From Hemiscyllium ocellatum (taxonomy: Eukaryota), in contig NC_083407.1 in the NCBI RefSeq assembly GCF_020745735.1, positions 24,419,857 through 24,483,856 of the forward strand: a stretch of 64,000 bases of DNA. Direction: 5' to 3'. The position numbers and the translations under genes were made by a program. The notes below the pieces were generated by a model. That model had not been told where the DNA came from and searched no databases. It saw only the letters and a list, made by a program, of their open reading frames with translations. This document shows, piece after piece, positions 59,936-64,000 of this stretch. Every line of letters starts with the position of its first letter. The stretch's first letter is position 1.

Positions 59936-60805
59936 GACAGGGTACTCCAAGCTGTCCCCCTATTCACCCTCCTCCGCCGCACCCCACCCCCCAATCCCCC
60001 ACCAATTGGCCACAACGAGGTTAATTAAAAAAGATCCATCCTTGTCAATACTTTTCTCCCAGAAAAAAATGAATTTGTGATTTAAAAGGAGCTAATTAAC
60101 CTGGCATCCTTGAGTAAACAAAGAATGAGCATATTAATACAGAGAAGAAATGATAACTCATATAGATACAGATTAAAGAAGTGAGAAAAGAGTCCAAAAA
60201 AAGAGAAAAGTTAAATGACATGTGAATCAGTCTCTGGTTATGTGTGAAGACTAAATAGTGTAATAATGATTGTTGAGTAGTTAATTTCAAGATACTTGGG
60301 TTTGCAGTTTAGCTGAAATTCTTTTGTTCTATTCCCTTTTTATCTGGCTTGCTGGATGGCATCCAGCACTGAGTGAGAAATTCCTCTACCTGCAACTCCA
60401 CTTTCAAGGAACTACGCATCTGTACCCCTAGGTCTCTTTGTCATACTTGCCTTTAAAACAACAGCTAGCATGACATGTTAGCATTTTAGTACTATTGGTT
60501 GAATCCATATTTTGTTAAAGTTACAAATGGTTCCACATTTTCCGTTCTTGATCTGCTGCATGGTTTCTAACTTCAAATGTTTGAACTCAGTTAACTACAA
60601 TTAATGCCAGTACAAAATAATCATGAGACATTTGTCATGACAATTATCTACATTAGTTTTGGCATTAGGGAAATATTCATGATATTTAATTGCACATCTA
60701 TAGAATGGAGCAATGTAAAGATGGATCTTCACATAATTCAGAGAAAACAACTTGCATAATAATCACATTTTTATATGAGAACCTTCCTTTTTTGTGTTTT
60801 TGCAG

Positions 60806-60913
60806 ATTAAATATAAACTGGAGCATAACCGGGACAAAGCTAAGGGCTACACTACTATCCATGACACACCAATGCTGCTACACATGCGAAGTGTGAAAGA
60901 CAAAATTAGTGAT
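60806..60913 (+). CDS. NEB: NEB exon 42 (108 nt)
   Basis: ttgcag|IKYKLEHNRDKAKGYTTIHDTPMLLHMRSVKDKISD|gtaagt. Confidence 0.96.
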
Positions 60914-61610
60914 GTAAGTATTCACCACACCCAATAATAGAAATAAGGTTGCCTTTTGCTTTAAAGCAATTTCAACTTTGCAATCTCCTACCAATACTGG
61001 GCGTTTTGTAGAGCACTGTGGGGAGAAATAGGTCAGAGTTATGAAAGCCAGGAGCAGGTAGGTAGTTTTCAGATATCAGCCCCTTGCTCAACATCAGCAA
61101 CTCCAAATGTCCCAGGTTAGGGCAACTGGACATCCCCCTAACCTAGCAGGCAGGTCACCTTAGTTCCTAGTTGGGTAACCAGTTGTTTTCCTTGCATGCT
61201 GGGAAGGAAATTAAATGGCGAGGCAGAGATTTAATCAACTTATGACCACTTCAGGGCCTTATTTGATGATAGATCTAGAGAGTCTCCAATAGACCTTCTT
61301 ACAAACTCGCAACTAAATTGCAGAAGATGGTGAGAAGGAGGTGCGAGGACCAATTAATTCAATTCCTTCCCCTTCTTGTTACCTCCGGGTAAGGGGAAAT
61401 TCTGCTTTATGTTTCGCCTCTCTAGGAATGTCAAGATAGTAACCTTCACCATCAGTTGCTAATTAGTTATACAAAAATAAAACTTGCATTGTAACCCACT
61501 CATGCCATCTAAATAAGTAACTCTCAAAGTGCACTAAACACGAAACTTTACCTGATGGAATGACTCTTACGTGATTGGCAGGATTTCAAATATTGCTCTT
61601 TTGTTGACAG

Positions 61611-61715
61611 TTGAAATACAAGGAGAATTATGAACGCAACAAATCTGATTGCAACATTCACGGTGATGCATTTTCAATCAGGGCTGCCAAGAGTGCGTAC
61701 AAGAACACAACCAAC
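61611..61715 (+). CDS. NEB: NEB exon 43 (105 nt)
   Basis: tgacag|LKYKENYERNKSDCNIHGDAFSIRAAKSAYKNTTN|gtaagt. Confidence 0.96.
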
Positions 61716-63220
61716 GTAAGTGTCTTTTGGTGTGTTTTGATCTGAAATTATGAAAGACACAGCATCTTCCACAACCTCAGCAATGTGTTTTATTATCAAT
61801 ATAAGTACTTTTAAAATATAGAGTGCATCAAGGCTGTGAAAAATACATTTCTCTCATGTATTTTTCACTGTTTCATTTGAAAAGCATGTTCTACAAAGGT
61901 GAACAAATGTTGCAAAGATTTCTCCATTTTCAAACAGATAGGGCTAGATTTAATGCAGCTTGTCATGAGGGGAAATATGGTGGCTGTGCTACTTTGATTG
62001 AAGGAGAGGCCTCACCCCAATCTCGCAAAAGCAAGAAACCCTCCCACACCCCATCCATCACTCTACCCAATACGTTTCAGAGTGGAAGTTGCTGAGGAGG
62101 GATTCATGACCGCTATCGTAAAATGTCAATTAATGGCGGCTGAGGGATTAAATGGGGCCACACGGCTGTCTTGCAAATAGCAATATCATCCAGAAAAACA
62201 GGTTCCCTTGAAAGGATGCCTCACTATCAGCCACTCTGTTCACTAACCAGCAGATGAGATCCCCACATCAGCTGACAAGTCATAGTCATTGTGATATTTG
62301 ACAGTGATATTGTTATAATTTAGGAACACTTGTGTTCTTTAAATATCGGGCAATGTCAATATACTCGAGCAGTATTGCTTGGATACCTAGGTTTAAGGAA
62401 ATTGATGTATCAAGGTCAATTTTTAATCTAACTCACTTGGCATCAAATTAAATGGAATGCTGGATTCACAGCCCAATCCTACCTTCTATCACCTTTACCT
62501 TACCTCATCCCCATAATATTACTGTTCCCTGACTTCACTGGAACAGAAAATTGACCTGATATCAGCATTGTACCTGATCCTAAGCACAATACAAGCTGAG
62601 GGAACAGCACCCCATTTTCTCTTTAGGCACTTTACATCTTTTGGATTCAACATTGAATTCAACAACTTTATACCAAGAACTTTGTTCTCCGTTTTGTTTC
62701 CCCTACTCCTATCTGTGTGTCTTTTAATCCCTTACCCTCTAACTTGCTCCTTCTTCCTTTCTGTTCAAATTGATGCCCACTCCACCTGCCCATTCAACCA
62801 CACCGCCACACACACACACGTACGCACATACACACGCTTCCTACACTGGAAAAACGGTGGTTTAAGCTAAAGTTGCCCCAGTGTCATTGTTGTATCTTGA
62901 AGTGAAAAGGTCTTTTCATGCAGGTCTGAATTGTCTACAAGTTGTTCAGGTGCAATTACATCATGATCATAATGCTTCACGTGTGAGAAAGATTACGAAT
63001 GTGGCTTTGGTGCTAGTCCAGCTGCTCAACTAGATATTTTGCTAAGTTACACCAGCCACTTGCAGTCACTTGCACTAAAGACATACTGTTGCTTGGAGAA
63101 ATATTTTACAAGGTAATTGACTTATCAAAAGAACGTCGTGATATTTTCTACAGTATAAAGTCCCTATCCTTATTGTCTCACAGTTTCTATAGCCCTTTGT
63201 AAATTTTCTGATAGTTTCAC

Positions 63221-63455
63221 ACTGGTTAGTTTCACCAGCAGGGACTCCGGTTCTATTACAGCTTCAGATGGCTGTCTGTGTGGAGTTTGCATATTCTCTC
63301 TGTGTCTGTGTGGTTTCCTCTAGGTGCTCCGATTTCCTCCCACAGTCCAAAGTTGGGCAGGTTAAGTGGATTGGCCATGCTAAATTTCCCACAGTGTCCA
63401 GTGATATGTGGTTAGGTGGATTAGCCATGGGAAATGTTGGGATGGGGTAGGGGGT
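63221..63455 (+). mobile_element. Degenerate tRNA-derived SINE
   Basis: ctgtctgtgtggagtttgca core. Confidence 0.8.
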
Positions 63456-63970
63456 GCAGGTACAGAGTTCCTTGAAAGTGGAACCACAAGTAAATATGAT
63501 AGTGACGAAGGCCTTTGGTATGCTTTCCTTTATTGGTCAGTGCCTCGAGTATAGGAGTTGGGAGGTGATGTTGCAGCTATATAGGACATTGGTTAAGCCA
63601 CCTTTGGAACATTACATGCAATTCTGATCTGTCTGCTAGAGGAACGATGTTGTGAAACTTGAAAGGGTTCAGAAAATATTTACAAGGATGTTGTTACGAT
63701 TGGAGGGTTTGAGCTAAAGGAAGAGGCTGAATAGACTGGGGCTGTTATTCCTGGAGCACCGGAGGCTTAGGGGTGAAGTTATCGAGGTTTATAATATCAT
63801 GAGGGCATGGATAGGTAAATAGACAAGGACATTTCCTTGGGGTTGAGAGTCTCTAGGCATAGGGTGAGAGGGGAAAGATTTAGAAGGGATCTGAGGGGCA
63901 ACTTCTTCATGCAGAGTGTGTATTGAATGAGCCAGAGGAAGTGGTAGAGGCTGGTACAATTATAATATTT
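63456..63970 (+). mobile_element. CR1-clade LINE 3' fragment
   Basis: Homologous to 36510-37050. Confidence 0.85.
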
Positions 63971-63972
63971 GT

Positions 63973-64000
63973 GGGCGGCACGGTGGCACAGTGGTTAGCA
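63973..64000 (+). mobile_element. SINE 5' end, cut by window edge
   Basis: gggcggcacggtggcacagtggttagca. Confidence 0.8.

Larger units (their letters stand above)
1..61715 (+). other. NEB: Nebulin gene, internal segment (43 coding exons, C-terminal half of the super-repeat region; gene continues beyond both window edges)
   Basis: 43 phase-0 AG/GT exons splice into one open frame of ~35-aa nebulin repeats with SDxxYK junctions and WLKGIG/WIRGCGW super-repeat markers every 7 repeats (the exon pair at 57873/58223 read as alternatives). Confidence 0.98.

Overview
Vertebrate genomic DNA, almost certainly a shark/elasmobranch (inferred from its SINE, CR1-type LINE and Penelope-like repeat families). 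The whole window lies inside the nebulin gene (NEB, + strand). I resolved 43 consecutive coding exons (the first is 5'-truncated by the window edge). All have AG/GT boundaries, are phase 0, and encode ~35-aa SDxxYK-type nebulin repeats organised into 7-repeat super-repeats marked by WLKGxG-like motifs. By sequence resemblance and counting they correspond to roughly human NEB exons 105-147 (my numbering, an inference), including orthologues of the mutually exclusive exons 143/144 (57873-57977 and 58223-58327). The introns are filled with CR1-type LINE fragments, tRNA-derived SINEs, L2 and Rex1/Babar fragments, a TA-flanked MITE, and many Penelope-like element (PLE) derivatives. The most interesting non-obvious signals: (1) minimal hammerhead-ribozyme motifs (CUGANGA-A-stem II-GAAA-palindromic ACGU/AGCU-UH) carried by short, often palindromic, TSD-flanked PLE-derived elements, with two or three core-intact copies on the sense strand of the nebulin pre-mRNA; (2) a cluster of RNA hairpins, UGCAUG motifs and a perfect TACTAAC element around the mutually exclusive exon pair; (3) nucleotide-level homogenisation (probable gene conversion) between paralogous 312-nt exons. 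No activity or expression can be shown from sequence alone.
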